Shown one piece after another: positions 20,419-31,515 of a stretch of 64,000 bases of DNA; within the stretch, counting starts at the first letter, position 1; every line of letters begins with the position of its first letter. Source of the DNA: a virus; IMG/VR virus record IMGVR_UViG_3300014913_000007, positions 32,001-96,000 of that record, one strand, 5' to 3'. A program made the translations under genes and the position numbers. Below the pieces are notes generated by a model that had not been told where the DNA came from, did not search any database, and saw only the letters and a list, made by a program, of their open reading frames with translations.

Positions 20419-21041
20419 AGACTATCTACATATTCTTGTACTGTGATGTAGGGAAATGGGTATGTAATTCCCTTACTATATGCCCATTTTTCTAAAGCTT
20501 CCTCGGAGTTTAGACCTTTCTTAGAACAATTAACTACTCTACTTACCGGAACTAACATTATTCCATTACTAGTTAGTACATATTCTAATTGAAAGGCATC
20601 CTTAGCCCTGTGATTATATCCTTGAAGAGGTACTTTAGAGTAGGCACATTTCCAATCATATCTTTCTAATAAGGTACAAACATCCATATTATCGAATACA
20701 ATGTTTTCAGTGCTCATTTGCTTGTAGAACTTCTTATTCTTAAATCCTGTAGATTCTTTACCTGAATGCGATAAGTTCCACTGGTCATTGTAAAGTCTGT
20801 GATTGATGGAAAGTCTTCTATAACAAGACCTACATAATCCTTTAGCCCAATGTCTGTATTTTTCAAAAGAGTTTCTTGTTTTGCACAGGGAACAACAAAC
20901 AGCTGAATTACTGTTCCAAGGTCCCTCACAGTAAAAGTCACCATGAAAGTATTTCTCTCTCTCCGACATATCTACACTATTATTCACTTTCCACCTCCCA
21001 GTGAGTCTTCCTAATCTATTTCTTCTTGCGACATCTTCCAT
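20415..21041 (-). CDS. Cys-rich protein with degenerate HNH-like C-terminus
   Basis: CxxC pairs; WKCAYS..LVPVSRVVN. Confidence 0.45.
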   Translation of the reverse strand: MEDVARRNRLGRLTGRWKVNNSVDMSEREKYFHGDFYCEGPWNSNSAVCCSLCKTRNSFEKYRHWAKGLCRSCYRRLSINHRLYNDQWNLSHSGKESTGFKNKKFYKQMSTENIVFDNMDVCTLLERYDWKCAYSKVPLQGYNHRAKDAFQLEYVLTSNGIMLVPVSRVVNCSKKGLNSEEALEKWAYSKGITYPFPYITVQEYVDSL

Positions 21042-21223
21042 TCAAAATTATCTATTGTTGCATTATTATATCTATTATCCATACATATACCATAGTACAG
21101 ACTGTGGGACATAATAAAAAAATGTAGTCGCAAAAGTGAAAAAGTCCTAGTATTTTTATGTAAAATGAATAACTATAATAGGTTATAATATACCTACTAA
21201 ATTAACTTATTACATAAATATAC

Positions 21224-21251
21224 CTAAAGTTATTTAAAAATATGCCGATAT
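21224..21251 (+). promoter_or_regulatory. sigma28/FliA-like promoter
   Basis: TAAA-N15-GCCGATAT, near consensus; ATG 7 nt downstream. Confidence 0.75.
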
Positions 21252-21258
21252 ACTAGAT

Positions 21259-21684
21259 ATGACAAATTGGGATGACGAAAAGGAGTGTTTAAAAGCTGTT
21301 AAACGGGATGGATTTGCTTTAAAGTATGTAGAGAATCAAACTCCAGAAATCTGCCTAGAAGCTGTTAAACAATGTGGACAAAGCTTAGAATATGTAAAAA
21401 GCCAAACTCCAGAAATCGGCCTAATTGCTGTTAAAGAAAATGGATGGGCCTTAGAATATGTAAAAAACCAAACTCCAGAAATCTGCCTAGAAGCTGTTAA
21501 ACAATGTGGACAAAGCTTAGAATATGTAAAAAGCCAAACTCCAGAAATCTGCTTGGCTGCTGTTAAAGAAAATGAATGGGCTTTACAGCATGTAAATAAG
21601 AAATTTTATACTTCAGATTTAAAAGCATTTATTTTAACTAGTTATGATAAAAAAGTTACTTTAAACTATTTTGAGTTTATATAA
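21259..21684 (+). CDS. DUF4116-like repeat protein
   Basis: 22-aa repeats QTPEICLEAVKQ.G..LEYV; near-exact DNA duplication at 132-nt offset. Confidence 0.8.
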   Translation: MTNWDDEKECLKAVKRDGFALKYVENQTPEICLEAVKQCGQSLEYVKSQTPEIGLIAVKENGWALEYVKNQTPEICLEAVKQCGQSLEYVKSQTPEICLAAVKENEWALQHVNKKFYTSDLKAFILTSYDKKVTLNYFEFI

Positions 21685-21757
21685 ATTTGTTAATTAATTG
21701 TTGTATATTTTTACAAAATAGTGTAAAATAGAAATATTAATATTATATAGGAATAAT

Positions 21758-22756
21758 ATGTCTGATCCCTTAAAAGCATTTATTAAAATCCCAGGTGGGA
21801 AACGTAAATCTATACCTTATCTAGTAAAAAACCTACCTAAGAACTATTTCAAAGAAGACTATACTTATGTGGAACCCTTCCTAGGTGGTGGTAGTTTCGG
21901 TCTGCACCTTCTTAATATAAAATTGGAACAAAATAAACTAGATATAGGTAAGATAAATAAGTCTAATGGAGAACAGGATCCTAAGATAGCCTTTAAGGTA
22001 AAAAAATTAATACAAGATAACTTCTTATTTAATGAAAAGAATCCTGACATCTTTAACTTATGGATGCATACTATGTATGATGCCCCAGAATTACTAGAAT
22101 ATTATATGGACTTACTATCTAAACACTCAGAAAAAGAATTTTATACTAAAAGAGGAATCTTTAATACCATAAAGGATCCTAAACCACTAATGAATGGCAA
22201 TTGTTTTAATTATCTTTACAACACAATACTTAAAAGTGCTCTATTCTTATACTTAGATAAACATTGCTTTAATGGTCTTATAAGGTATAATAAAAATGGA
22301 GACTTTAATAGTCCATGTGGTAAATATAGGACTGTTCAAAAGGTGGATGGACGGAACATGTTAAACCTATATACACTAACTCAAGCTAGTGACCTCACAC
22401 TTGAGAATCTTGATTTCCAGGAATATATAGAATACCTATTCGAAGAGAAACTAATTACTAACAACAAGAAAATATTAGTCTATTTCGATCCCCCTTATGT
22501 ACCTCTTACACCTACTTCTAACTTTACGGAGTATAATCCAGCCGGATTTGGACAATATGACCAGATTAGGTTAAAATCAATGATAGATTACTTAACTAGT
22601 ATAAATGTTAAGATAATGTTGTCTAATTCATCTGCCAGGTGGGTTTATGATACTTATAAAGATTATAATATCCAAGAAGTAGCTGTAGCCAGGTCTATCA
22701 ATTCAGTGGGGGCTGGTAGGGGGAAAATTAAGGAACTTTTAATTACAAATTATTAA
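21758..22756 (+). CDS. Dam-family DNA adenine methyltransferase
   Basis: GGK, EPFLGGGS, FNGLIRYN, DPPY. Confidence 0.9.
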   Translation: MSDPLKAFIKIPGGKRKSIPYLVKNLPKNYFKEDYTYVEPFLGGGSFGLHLLNIKLEQNKLDIGKINKSNGEQDPKIAFKVKKLIQDNFLFNEKNPDIFNLWMHTMYDAPELLEYYMDLLSKHSEKEFYTKRGIFNTIKDPKPLMNGNCFNYLYNTILKSALFLYLDKHCFNGLIRYNKNGDFNSPCGKYRTVQKVDGRNMLNLYTLTQASDLTLENLDFQEYIEYLFEEKLITNNKKILVYFDPPYVPLTPTSNFTEYNPAGFGQYDQIRLKSMIDYLTSINVKIMLSNSSARWVYDTYKDYNIQEVAVARSINSVGAGRGKIKELLITNY

Positions 22757-22930
22757 GGAATACTTTATGAACTTAGAGATACTTGAGTTACTCGTATTGG
22801 CACAATCTATTGTTTTATTATTAATTATACTTAAGATTACTAAGATAGAAAACACAAATATTATTAAAGATGCGTTAAAGGACGTTAAAATTAAAAGAAA
22901 AAAGAAAAAAAGAAGAAAAAAGAATAAATA

Positions 22931-24364
22931 ATGAGTAAAATCTTACCACAAAATGAGCATCAATTAGATATATGTGGAGACTCCATCTTCGGTAGGGTGG
23001 GGTTCTCTGTCACGTTAGACAGTCTACTGATGCTTTCTAACTCTATAGCTAATTACTGTGCCCACTATAATATTAATAATATATACTTCGGGTATGACTC
23101 TTCTACGTGGGGTAAGCTTTTTGTGGAAGAAGTGTTGGCTAACAGGTTACATAACTTAGGGTATCAAATAACCTTAATTGATGGTAGTTGTCCTATTTTT
23201 CAATTAAGTTGGACTGTAAAACAACAAACAGAGTTAACTAAAGGTTCTAAGGATACACTAGGAATATATGTAGGTACTGACTCATCTTACCCAGACAATC
23301 TCTCTATACATTTTAGAAATAGTGAAGGCTTCCCCTTAACCGAAAGCGAGGTGGCTACAATAGTCTCACATTCAGCAAGTACAGCAGCACTGTTAGAATG
23401 TCCCGAAGATGATTCCCTTAAGATAGATCTCAGTGAATATTCAAAATATTTATTAAAACTGAGACTATTTCCCAAGTCTGGATTAAAATCTTCTGGAAAA
23501 ATAAATATAGATACAATGTTTGGCTCATCTGAAACCTTAGTAGATGAAGTTGTAAAGCATTTCTCACTTTCTGGAGACATTTTCAATAGAGCAACAGTAC
23601 CTAATAGAATTGTAAATTACCTACCTATACCCACTGGGAGCTTCTTAAAATGGAAGCTAGATAAGTGTCAGTATCACTTCGCTATTGATGGGGATGGGGA
23701 TTCAGTAGGAGTTTTAGATCCTGTGCAAGAATTAGAGATCAGTCCTAGTAGTCTCTACATGATATTTATTAAATACTTAGTTGAGATTAAAAAGAAGAAA
23801 GGAACTATCTATATATCTAAAGCACTAAGTGATCGGGTAGCTGTAGTTGCAAAACATTATGGACTAAGAGTAAAGTGGGTAGATTCCGGGGTGGATGGCT
23901 TCTCTCAGGCATTACGAAGAAGTGATAAGAGATCAGCTCTAATGTATGGAGATGAGACTGGTGGATTCTGGTTTAAAGGGGATACCCCTGATAGGAACAG
24001 TATACTAACTATTCTAATATTAGTCTCTGCCTGTAATAGGTTTAATAAATCTCCAGGACAGTTAGTTGATGTAATAACTGATGAGCTATTAGATTCAAGC
24101 TATCATTTTAACTTTTTGGAAGTATCTAACCAATTTATAAGTAAAAGTAAGCTAGAAAAACTTCTAATAAAAGAACTATCACCTACTAAACAAGAACTTG
24201 GAAATACATCAGTTCTTAGGACAAGCAATGATGGCAAAATAGTAATAATAGATAAGAAAAAATATAAGTCTACTATAGTACTTATTGAGTCTATAGATGA
24301 TGCCGAAGTAAGGAATATAACTGACTACATTGATAAGGTAGGTTATAATGCTAGCAAAACTTAG
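22931..24364 (+). CDS. divergent phosphohexomutase (PGM/PMM)-like protein
   Basis: DGDGD metal loop and GDETGG retained; SHN phosphoserine motif not recognisable. Confidence 0.7.
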   Translation: MSKILPQNEHQLDICGDSIFGRVGFSVTLDSLLMLSNSIANYCAHYNINNIYFGYDSSTWGKLFVEEVLANRLHNLGYQITLIDGSCPIFQLSWTVKQQTELTKGSKDTLGIYVGTDSSYPDNLSIHFRNSEGFPLTESEVATIVSHSASTAALLECPEDDSLKIDLSEYSKYLLKLRLFPKSGLKSSGKINIDTMFGSSETLVDEVVKHFSLSGDIFNRATVPNRIVNYLPIPTGSFLKWKLDKCQYHFAIDGDGDSVGVLDPVQELEISPSSLYMIFIKYLVEIKKKKGTIYISKALSDRVAVVAKHYGLRVKWVDSGVDGFSQALRRSDKRSALMYGDETGGFWFKGDTPDRNSILTILILVSACNRFNKSPGQLVDVITDELLDSSYHFNFLEVSNQFISKSKLEKLLIKELSPTKQELGNTSVLRTSNDGKIVIIDKKKYKSTIVLIESIDDAEVRNITDYIDKVGYNASKT

Positions 24365-24881
24365 TATACTAGTCTGTACTCTAATTCTGGCCACTGCTTG
24401 TATCGCAGAAGGAGTCCCTCCCTGTTATAATAAGGTTGATTGGGAAACTTCTCAGTACTCACATAAGAGTAGGGGAGAAGTAATCTTATATAAAGTACCA
24501 ACTAATTATGATATCAGTCCTACAAATCTTGCCTGTATAACAGTATTAGCATTAATAGAACTGAGAAAAAATGTACCTAATAGTATGGTAGTAGGTCTTA
24601 TAACTGAGGACTTTAGGCAAGCATTTATTGTTAAGTGGTCTATAGCTGATAACATGTTTGTACTTTTGGAGGTTTACATTCCAGAGAATCAAATATCTAG
24701 TCAAAGTAAGTTTACGGTGTATCCTAATCCTCTTAAGAGAATTCGGGAACTAATGGTAGTGAGTAGATTTCCTACTCCAGATGAGCTTCCTCCACAATTC
24801 AAGAAGAAATTTAAAACTAACTACATGGTTACATCTGTAAGCCACATGAAGTCCTTATTTAATCCCGACGAAATCTACTAA
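24348..24881 (+). CDS. secreted/lipoprotein-like hypothetical protein
   Basis: N-terminal signal with LATAC. Confidence 0.6.
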   Translation: MLAKLSILVCTLILATACIAEGVPPCYNKVDWETSQYSHKSRGEVILYKVPTNYDISPTNLACITVLALIELRKNVPNSMVVGLITEDFRQAFIVKWSIADNMFVLLEVYIPENQISSQSKFTVYPNPLKRIRELMVVSRFPTPDELPPQFKKKFKTNYMVTSVSHMKSLFNPDEIY

Positions 24882-25733
24882 ATGAAACATCAATATAAGA
24901 TACAAAAAATGTTAGAATTAATACGGCCTGGATTATTGAAGGAATTAATAAGCAATGATGCCTCTATTTGCGGAGGTACTTGGACATCTTTATACTCAAA
25001 CACTAAAGTAAATGATCTTGATATATTTTTTAAAAATGTAGTTGATTATGTAAGTATGAAAATTTACATGTCAGTTAATACGACTAATTATACTCATTCT
25101 TTTGAATCTATAAATGCAGTAAGTTATCTGGACAATTTTTCAGGAAAAAAGATACAACTTATCAAAAAAAGGTATGGAGATACTACAGAAATTATAAATG
25201 AGTTTGATTTTATTTGTTGCATGTGTGGGTACTCCTTTAAAGAAGAGAAGATGTACTACCATGAAGATTTTATGAAACAAGCTAAGGATAAAAGAGTACA
25301 CTATAATTACAAATCGACTTCTGGAGTTATAGGTACGTTAATAAGAGTACAAAAGTATTCAGCTAGAGGCTTTGTAGTCAATCCTATAGACGTTACTAAG
25401 ATAGCACTTAAAGTTAATGAACTAAATTTTAATACCTTCCAAGATCTTTTAGACGAAGTAGAGTCCTATATTTACTACTTAGATAATGGTAAGACTTTAA
25501 AAGTACTCAAAGTACACAGAGATGAAGAGTTCTCTATTCCAAAGTTCCTAGAGTTGGTATCTAAGGTAGAGCATTCGGATATTATTAGGGATGATACTAC
25601 CCTGTGGGGAGATCCTGAGATACCTAACTGGGGAAAAGGTTTCAAAGGAGAAGTAGAAAAGCAGATATTAGAAGAAGTATACAAGAAAAAAGAAGTAGAA
25701 ATGAGTACAGATAACCCAAACATACCTTTTTAG
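24882..25733 (+). CDS. phage nucleotidyltransferase-like protein
   Basis: ICGG..NDLDIFF and FDFICC motifs. Confidence 0.65.
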   Translation: MKHQYKIQKMLELIRPGLLKELISNDASICGGTWTSLYSNTKVNDLDIFFKNVVDYVSMKIYMSVNTTNYTHSFESINAVSYLDNFSGKKIQLIKKRYGDTTEIINEFDFICCMCGYSFKEEKMYYHEDFMKQAKDKRVHYNYKSTSGVIGTLIRVQKYSARGFVVNPIDVTKIALKVNELNFNTFQDLLDEVESYIYYLDNGKTLKVLKVHRDEEFSIPKFLELVSKVEHSDIIRDDTTLWGDPEIPNWGKGFKGEVEKQILEEVYKKKEVEMSTDNPNIPF

Positions 25734-25739
25734 GAGCAT

Positions 25740-26246
25740 ATGTTTTACGATAAAAATTATATTAATATTAAAAAGATTAAACTACTGTGGATAACTAATC
25801 AATATGATGGTCCACTTTCAGGAGTGTGTATCTACAAATATCGACTGTGCTATTTCGATATGTGTATCTGGGGAGGATATGAACCACTTGTAATCGACAC
25901 TGACATGTATAATAAATTACATGCCTTTATGAAAACCTCACCAAATGCTTTTAAATTTCCAGCTTATGAAAATGGCTTTAGAGATGTTTGTTTTCATATG
26001 AAGATAGACGGTACTATGGAAAACTTTTACTATGATGGTGAGGATGATAGTTTTAGTATGTCTATTCCCAGGATACATAACTTATACAAGCTATCACTAA
26101 AGCAATTCTTATTACAATCTTATATTGCATTACAATTTAGATTTAATAGAGAGAAATACTACAGGTTAAATACTAAGTATAATGTTAAAAACGAGTTTAT
26201 GGAAAGTGTAAATAAAGATAATTTTATATGTAAAATAGGATATTAA
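25740..26246 (+). CDS. hypothetical protein
   Basis: AGGAG RBS. Confidence 0.6.
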   Translation: MFYDKNYINIKKIKLLWITNQYDGPLSGVCIYKYRLCYFDMCIWGGYEPLVIDTDMYNKLHAFMKTSPNAFKFPAYENGFRDVCFHMKIDGTMENFYYDGEDDSFSMSIPRIHNLYKLSLKQFLLQSYIALQFRFNREKYYRLNTKYNVKNEFMESVNKDNFICKIGY

Positions 26247-27112
26247 TGAAAGAAATTAAGGTACTAGATAAAGGATTTGTACGTCTTGTAGATCATATGG
26301 GAGATGACGCTGCCATAGTACAGATGGCCAGGACATCTTATGGAAAGGGTACTAAAACTATAAATGAAGATAAAGGTCTTATAAGGTATCTAATGAGACA
26401 TAAACATACTTCACCTTTCGAATCTTGTGAATTTAAGTTCCATATGAAGTTGCCAATTTTCGTGGCTCGGCAGATGATTCGACATAGGACTGCCTCCGTA
26501 AATGAGATCTCGGCTAGGTACTCAGAACTACCTGCAGAATACTACATACCTGGAAAAGATAGAATTGTAGCTCAATCCACATCTAATAAACAATGCAGTT
26601 CGGCTAACCGACTCGGAGATATGGGAAAATTTATAACTAGTTTCGATGCCGAAGCTGGAAAAGCACACCTTCTCTACTCAGATAGACTGTCTTTAGGTCT
26701 AACTAGGGAAATTGCCAGGGTAAATCTACCCCTTTCCACTTATACAGAGTGGTATTGGAAGATGGATTTGCATAACTTATTGCATTTTCTGAAACTTAGG
26801 CTGCATCCACATGCTCAGTGGGAGATCAGAGTATACGCTGAGGCGATTTATGAATTAATAAAACCAATAGTACCAGATACTTGTGAAGCTTTTGAAGATT
26901 ATATTCTAAACGCTACTCATCTAACTTCCATAGATACTGAAGCTCTAAGTGTATTATTAACTGAGATCCTTAATGGACAGGTAACTGAGGACAATAAGTT
27001 CAAGACTACTTTAAATAAAATAGCAACTGCACATTTTAACAATAGTAGAGAAAAAACAGAGTTTATCAGTAAAATTAATAAACTATTTAAAAGCTCTAAA
27101 AAGAATAAATAA
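26246..27112 (+). CDS. thyX: flavin-dependent thymidylate synthase
   Basis: HTSPFE, RQMIRHRTASVNEISARY, HAQWEIR. Confidence 0.95.
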   Translation: MKEIKVLDKGFVRLVDHMGDDAAIVQMARTSYGKGTKTINEDKGLIRYLMRHKHTSPFESCEFKFHMKLPIFVARQMIRHRTASVNEISARYSELPAEYYIPGKDRIVAQSTSNKQCSSANRLGDMGKFITSFDAEAGKAHLLYSDRLSLGLTREIARVNLPLSTYTEWYWKMDLHNLLHFLKLRLHPHAQWEIRVYAEAIYELIKPIVPDTCEAFEDYILNATHLTSIDTEALSVLLTEILNGQVTEDNKFKTTLNKIATAHFNNSREKTEFISKINKLFKSSKKNK

Positions 27113-27134
27113 TTTACTCAAAGGAGAAATACTT

Positions 27135-27860
27135 ATGACTTATAAAGGTATAGCTTGCTTCGCTGCTTTAAACCCTAAATTCCCTACTAGGAGAGTTTTA
27201 AAGGCTTTTCCAAAAGGTCTAGAGAAGCCTTGCACAGCTATTTTATATGAACTATTTGGGAATGATTGGACATTTGTAAAAAAGTTTTGTTCAAAGTTCA
27301 GTGACAGAGATCATTGTATTGAATGGCACTTATGTTTTAGAAATCCAATATCAATCTCAGAAATGAAACTGAGAATAGACGAGATACTTACGAATATGCA
27401 AATCTATGGAAATGCTAATACAAAGTTCATTGTATGTCCGGTGCTAGAAGATGACTGCTCTAATGTACAATTTAAAAGAATATACAAAAAACTGAAAAAG
27501 AATTATGACTTTTTAATTGTTAGAAATCCTTGTATGGGTGAGGATAGTATTAAATTTTGTGATTTTGAAGAACATCATGGGAAAACACCTAAATATAAAA
27601 AAAGAAAGAATAAAAGAATCTACAATCCTGATGGAGTGTCTGTAGACTTTGAAGACGGTGATAAATACTTTAACAGGTTCAGTGTTGATCAATTTAAACA
27701 AGTAGTCAATGATGATTTGTTCATGTGGATTATCTGGTATGCCCCACTTCAAGGTTTTAAAAATTGCTCAGGTTGGACAGATAAGCCACCTATTGAAAAA
27801 CGGAAGTATAAAATATCTGGAAAAGCAATAAGAGGTATGAGAAGTTTACTAGAAGATTGA
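27135..27860 (+). CDS. hypothetical protein, paralog of 36220-37254
   Basis: colinear shared motifs (see findings). Confidence 0.7.
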   Translation: MTYKGIACFAALNPKFPTRRVLKAFPKGLEKPCTAILYELFGNDWTFVKKFCSKFSDRDHCIEWHLCFRNPISISEMKLRIDEILTNMQIYGNANTKFIVCPVLEDDCSNVQFKRIYKKLKKNYDFLIVRNPCMGEDSIKFCDFEEHHGKTPKYKKRKNKRIYNPDGVSVDFEDGDKYFNRFSVDQFKQVVNDDLFMWIIWYAPLQGFKNCSGWTDKPPIEKRKYKISGKAIRGMRSLLED

Positions 27861-27957
27861 ATATTTAATACTGTAATATCATAGCTTTATATATCTTGAA
27901 TAGTAACAAAAGATATGATATACTAATTAATAATAGATTTAAATAAGGAGTAATCTT

Positions 27958-28560
27958 ATGTCAGGAACGGTGGAAATAATAGATAGTAAAATAGATAATC
28001 CAATATTAGAAAAATTGACTGCCAAATTTGAAGAAAGTTCCCTAAAAAAGAAGGGCAAATTTTCTTATATACCTGAACCTTTGGTTAGAGAAAGACTTCA
28101 GGAAGTTTTGGGCTTTAACTGGAGCTTTGAAATTACTTCAGAGACTAATACTCTTTTTAAAAATAATGAAGCTGTTGTAATCCGTGGAAAACTAACTGCA
28201 TACCTTCCTAGTGGTAGAGTAGTAGTTAGAGAAGGTTATGGTGGAGCACTTAGGGATAACGGAATGTCTGCGGGAGATCCTCAAAAAAGTGCAGCTTCAA
28301 ATGCGCTTAAGAAAGCAGCTTACTTATTAGGAGTTGGGTCCTACTTAGGAACAGATGGTTTAGAGAGTCAAGATGATACTACTAGTTGGGGAAGCTCTAA
28401 TAGCTCTGGTTATGGTTCTAACAACGCTTCTGGTAATTCTGGGTGGGGAGCAGGCCCTGCACCTGGTTCAACGGCTGCTCCAACTGCTCCAGCTGCTCCG
28501 GTACAAGAGGCCCCAGTTCCAACACCTGGTTCAACGGGTGGTACTCCTAGTGGTTGGTAA
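27958..28560 (+). CDS. Rad52/Sak-like single-strand annealing protein
   Basis: FSYI..V..RL..VLGFNWSF, KSAASNALKKAA..LGVG; low-complexity tail. Confidence 0.8.
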   Translation: MSGTVEIIDSKIDNPILEKLTAKFEESSLKKKGKFSYIPEPLVRERLQEVLGFNWSFEITSETNTLFKNNEAVVIRGKLTAYLPSGRVVVREGYGGALRDNGMSAGDPQKSAASNALKKAAYLLGVGSYLGTDGLESQDDTTSWGSSNSSGYGSNNASGNSGWGAGPAPGSTAAPTAPAAPVQEAPVPTPGSTGGTPSGW

Positions 28561-28587
28561 TTCCTTTTAATTTGGGAGAAAATTCCT

Positions 28588-30393
28588 TTGAAAGTAAGAA
28601 AAACCTACATTAGAAACTTATCCAAAACAATTAAAATAATTGAAACTGAGACTAAAAAAGAAGTATCCACTGACTTAACTACACTAGAAACAGATATTTC
28701 AGAAATAACTTATAAATCTTGGGTACTAGAAACTTACATCGTAGGTATCAATGAGGTCTTTGATCTAGTGTTAACTTATTCAAAGAATGAGGAGGAAGCT
28801 ACAGCTCTAAAAAACGACTTGTTTAGAGAAACTATAAAGATAAATCCCTACCTAGATCCAAATGACTTGTATATAGATGTAAATCAAATTACACTAACTA
28901 AAACTCCAAATCAACTAGTAGAGTCTAAACATTGGAAAACAAATGAAGATACCTCTAATATACCTATTATATCTGACTTCCACAAATACTTTGAAATGTC
29001 TAAACAAGTTAGAGGACACGACCATTCAGTAGAAACTGCGTTCAGTGAAGTTCTTAACATGGGTATAAAAATAAGAATATTTAACAAAAAAATTAGGGAC
29101 TCACTTGTATTTGGATTTGACCCTAAATCAGAGCAAGCTGTTAAATATCATACTATTGTAACGTGTGTAGATAGCCTACATGATCTTCTTACACTAATAA
29201 AAAGTGATCCTAATAAGAAACAAATACCCTTCTCACATATTTTGGAAGATCTGTTTAACTGGTCTATATTGCATAATCCTTTTCTTGATTTAAAGATCAA
29301 AGATATTAAGAAGATAAACAAAACTACTAAAGAGTTTGTCCAAGCAGTAGGTAAGGAAGATACTAAAGAAGTTACCAAAAAAGGCAGAACACATATAAGC
29401 CAAGTACCTAGAGAGGAGATACTAGCTTTAGAGGAAACACTATTAAGTCAGATATTCGGGCAAGATACTGCAGTAAAAGCCGTATCTGATGCCTATAAGA
29501 GAGCCTTTAGTGGAGTTAAGAATCCTACTTCTCCAATAGGGTGCTTCCTGCTCTATGGAGGAACTAGTACTGGTAAAACTGAGTTAGCTAGAGTGTTAGG
29601 TAAACTGCTAACGAAGAGCCATAGAGGGCTTATAAAGATACCTTGTAATACCCTCCAGGCTGCCCACAGTGTGGCTACGTTGATCGGTGCCCCTCCAGGG
29701 TATGTAGGCTACGAAGATGGCTGTCTGGCCGAAAATATGAAGGATAGCAGCTTCAAGGTGGTACTCTTCGATGAGCTAGATAAGGCTCACCCTAATATAT
29801 ACGATCTAGTACTTGAGATGATAGAAGAAGGTAAACTTTTAATCTCTAATGGTGAGGTACTAGATTTTACTCAATGTCTAATACTATTTACCAGTAACAT
29901 GGGTCAGCAGGCAGCTCAAAAGGGTACTTCTAAGAGTGGATTCTCCTCTAACATAGGAAATAAAGATAAGCTAAAAGCAGATGAGTACTTAAGGATTATA
30001 GAGAGAGACATAAAGCCTGAGTTCCTGGCTAGGTTAAACGGAAAATTCTACTTTCCAGATTTAAGTGATGAAACTCTAGAAAAAACAGGGAGAAGATACT
30101 TAGAAATAAGAACTGAACACCTTAAACAGAATAAAATTCACTTTTCATACCCTGATGCCTTACCTGAGGTAGTTCTAGAACGCTGTAGTACAGCGAACCC
30201 AAAGGGATTTCATGCTAGAGAGTTAAACAATTATATAGAATCTGAAATAATACAGAAGTTAGGTAACTATATGATTAGATCGGAGCTTACAGGGAAACGT
30301 AATGTATCCATAGGGTTATCTGTAACACCTACTGGTTACACTTTTAGGAAGAAAGCTAAGAAAGTAGAGAAAAGAACTAAAAAGAAAGATTGA
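28588..30393 (+). CDS. Clp-type AAA+ ATPase (ClpA/B D2-like)
   Basis: IFGQ, GGTSTGKTE, LIGAPPGYVGY, LFDELDKAHP, PEFLAR. Confidence 0.9.
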   Translation: MKVRKTYIRNLSKTIKIIETETKKEVSTDLTTLETDISEITYKSWVLETYIVGINEVFDLVLTYSKNEEEATALKNDLFRETIKINPYLDPNDLYIDVNQITLTKTPNQLVESKHWKTNEDTSNIPIISDFHKYFEMSKQVRGHDHSVETAFSEVLNMGIKIRIFNKKIRDSLVFGFDPKSEQAVKYHTIVTCVDSLHDLLTLIKSDPNKKQIPFSHILEDLFNWSILHNPFLDLKIKDIKKINKTTKEFVQAVGKEDTKEVTKKGRTHISQVPREEILALEETLLSQIFGQDTAVKAVSDAYKRAFSGVKNPTSPIGCFLLYGGTSTGKTELARVLGKLLTKSHRGLIKIPCNTLQAAHSVATLIGAPPGYVGYEDGCLAENMKDSSFKVVLFDELDKAHPNIYDLVLEMIEEGKLLISNGEVLDFTQCLILFTSNMGQQAAQKGTSKSGFSSNIGNKDKLKADEYLRIIERDIKPEFLARLNGKFYFPDLSDETLEKTGRRYLEIRTEHLKQNKIHFSYPDALPEVVLERCSTANPKGFHARELNNYIESEIIQKLGNYMIRSELTGKRNVSIGLSVTPTGYTFRKKAKKVEKRTKKKD

Positions 30394-30446
30394 AAATAAC
30401 CTCAACCTGTGGTATAATATACTTATAATTAATGTAGGAGTCAATT

Positions 30447-31211
30447 ATGCCATATATACTACCAGAAGATAGAAAAAAATTCGATAAGACTATTCTAAAG
30501 TTAGCTAAGAAGTTACGAAAATTCAAAGGCAAGGAGAAGTACACTAGAACTTCCAGTGTAATCTTAGACACGTTCTTGCAGTTTTACAATTACCAGTTTC
30601 GCTATGCAGACATAAATGAAATTATGGGTGTACTTACATGCGCTCTAGAAGAGTGGATGCGAAGGAAGGACGGGGTTGAAGGTTATACAGATAATTCAAC
30701 TGTGTTCGGAGAGGCTTTAATACCTTACGGAGGTGAATACGACTTAATTGAAGAACTTTCTGATTTGCTGAAATGTAACACATCACTATCAGGAACAGCT
30801 GGAAATTTCAACTACTGTATAACAAAGCTTCTTACTGAAGTGTTTTCACCTCTTGACAAATTAACTGCAGTAGATCGTGAGGAAGTACCTAGTATACTAG
30901 CTACAGTACGTGGATTTTTCTATGACAATTATGCAATACCCTACGAAGATACTAAGGTAGATATGAATGGAGATGTATTTTATTCCAAGGAAAAAAGGTC
31001 AGTAAAAAAGAAAATTCAAAAAGAATTTAAACAGCAAGTAGAAGAGAATCTAGGTAAACAGATAGAATTATGCGGTGAGGCTTTTAGAGACGTAGATCTG
31101 GACGAAATTGATGAGCCTGATCCCACCTGGAAAGATATAGCCATTATTTTAGGCTCTACTATTTTCTTAGCTGGATTAGTAACTATGTCAATTCTTAACG
31201 CAGTATTTTAA
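30447..31211 (+). CDS. conserved phage protein (MPYI..GNFNY..PYED.K...NGDV type)
   Basis: recognisable phage family motifs; C-terminal TM helix. Confidence 0.6.
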   Translation: MPYILPEDRKKFDKTILKLAKKLRKFKGKEKYTRTSSVILDTFLQFYNYQFRYADINEIMGVLTCALEEWMRRKDGVEGYTDNSTVFGEALIPYGGEYDLIEELSDLLKCNTSLSGTAGNFNYCITKLLTEVFSPLDKLTAVDREEVPSILATVRGFFYDNYAIPYEDTKVDMNGDVFYSKEKRSVKKKIQKEFKQQVEENLGKQIELCGEAFRDVDLDEIDEPDPTWKDIAIILGSTIFLAGLVTMSILNAVF

Positions 31212-31224
31212 TTACCGAAGTATA

Positions 31225-31515
31225 ATGAATAAAAAGCAAATAGAAAAACACATTAAATTCGCTCAACGGTATGGTGGAAATCCTATAACTGCATCTGGAA
31301 TATTACCTAAGAACGGCAGATTTTATGGATTAGATCCTGCATATGAACTACCTGAGCCTACTACAAAAACACATAAAGAACAACAACTGGAAAACATAGA
31401 GGGAACCTTTCAAGAAGTTGAAAATTTTGAGAGTAAACTACGTAGAGATGCTACTAAAAAGGCAAATAAAACTATTTTAGATTCAATTGTAGGTAGTATA
31501 ACAACTAGTGAATAA
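31225..31515 (+). CDS. hypothetical protein
   Basis: ORF. Confidence 0.55.
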   Translation: MNKKQIEKHIKFAQRYGGNPITASGILPKNGRFYGLDPAYELPEPTTKTHKEQQLENIEGTFQEVENFESKLRRDATKKANKTILDSIVGSITTSE

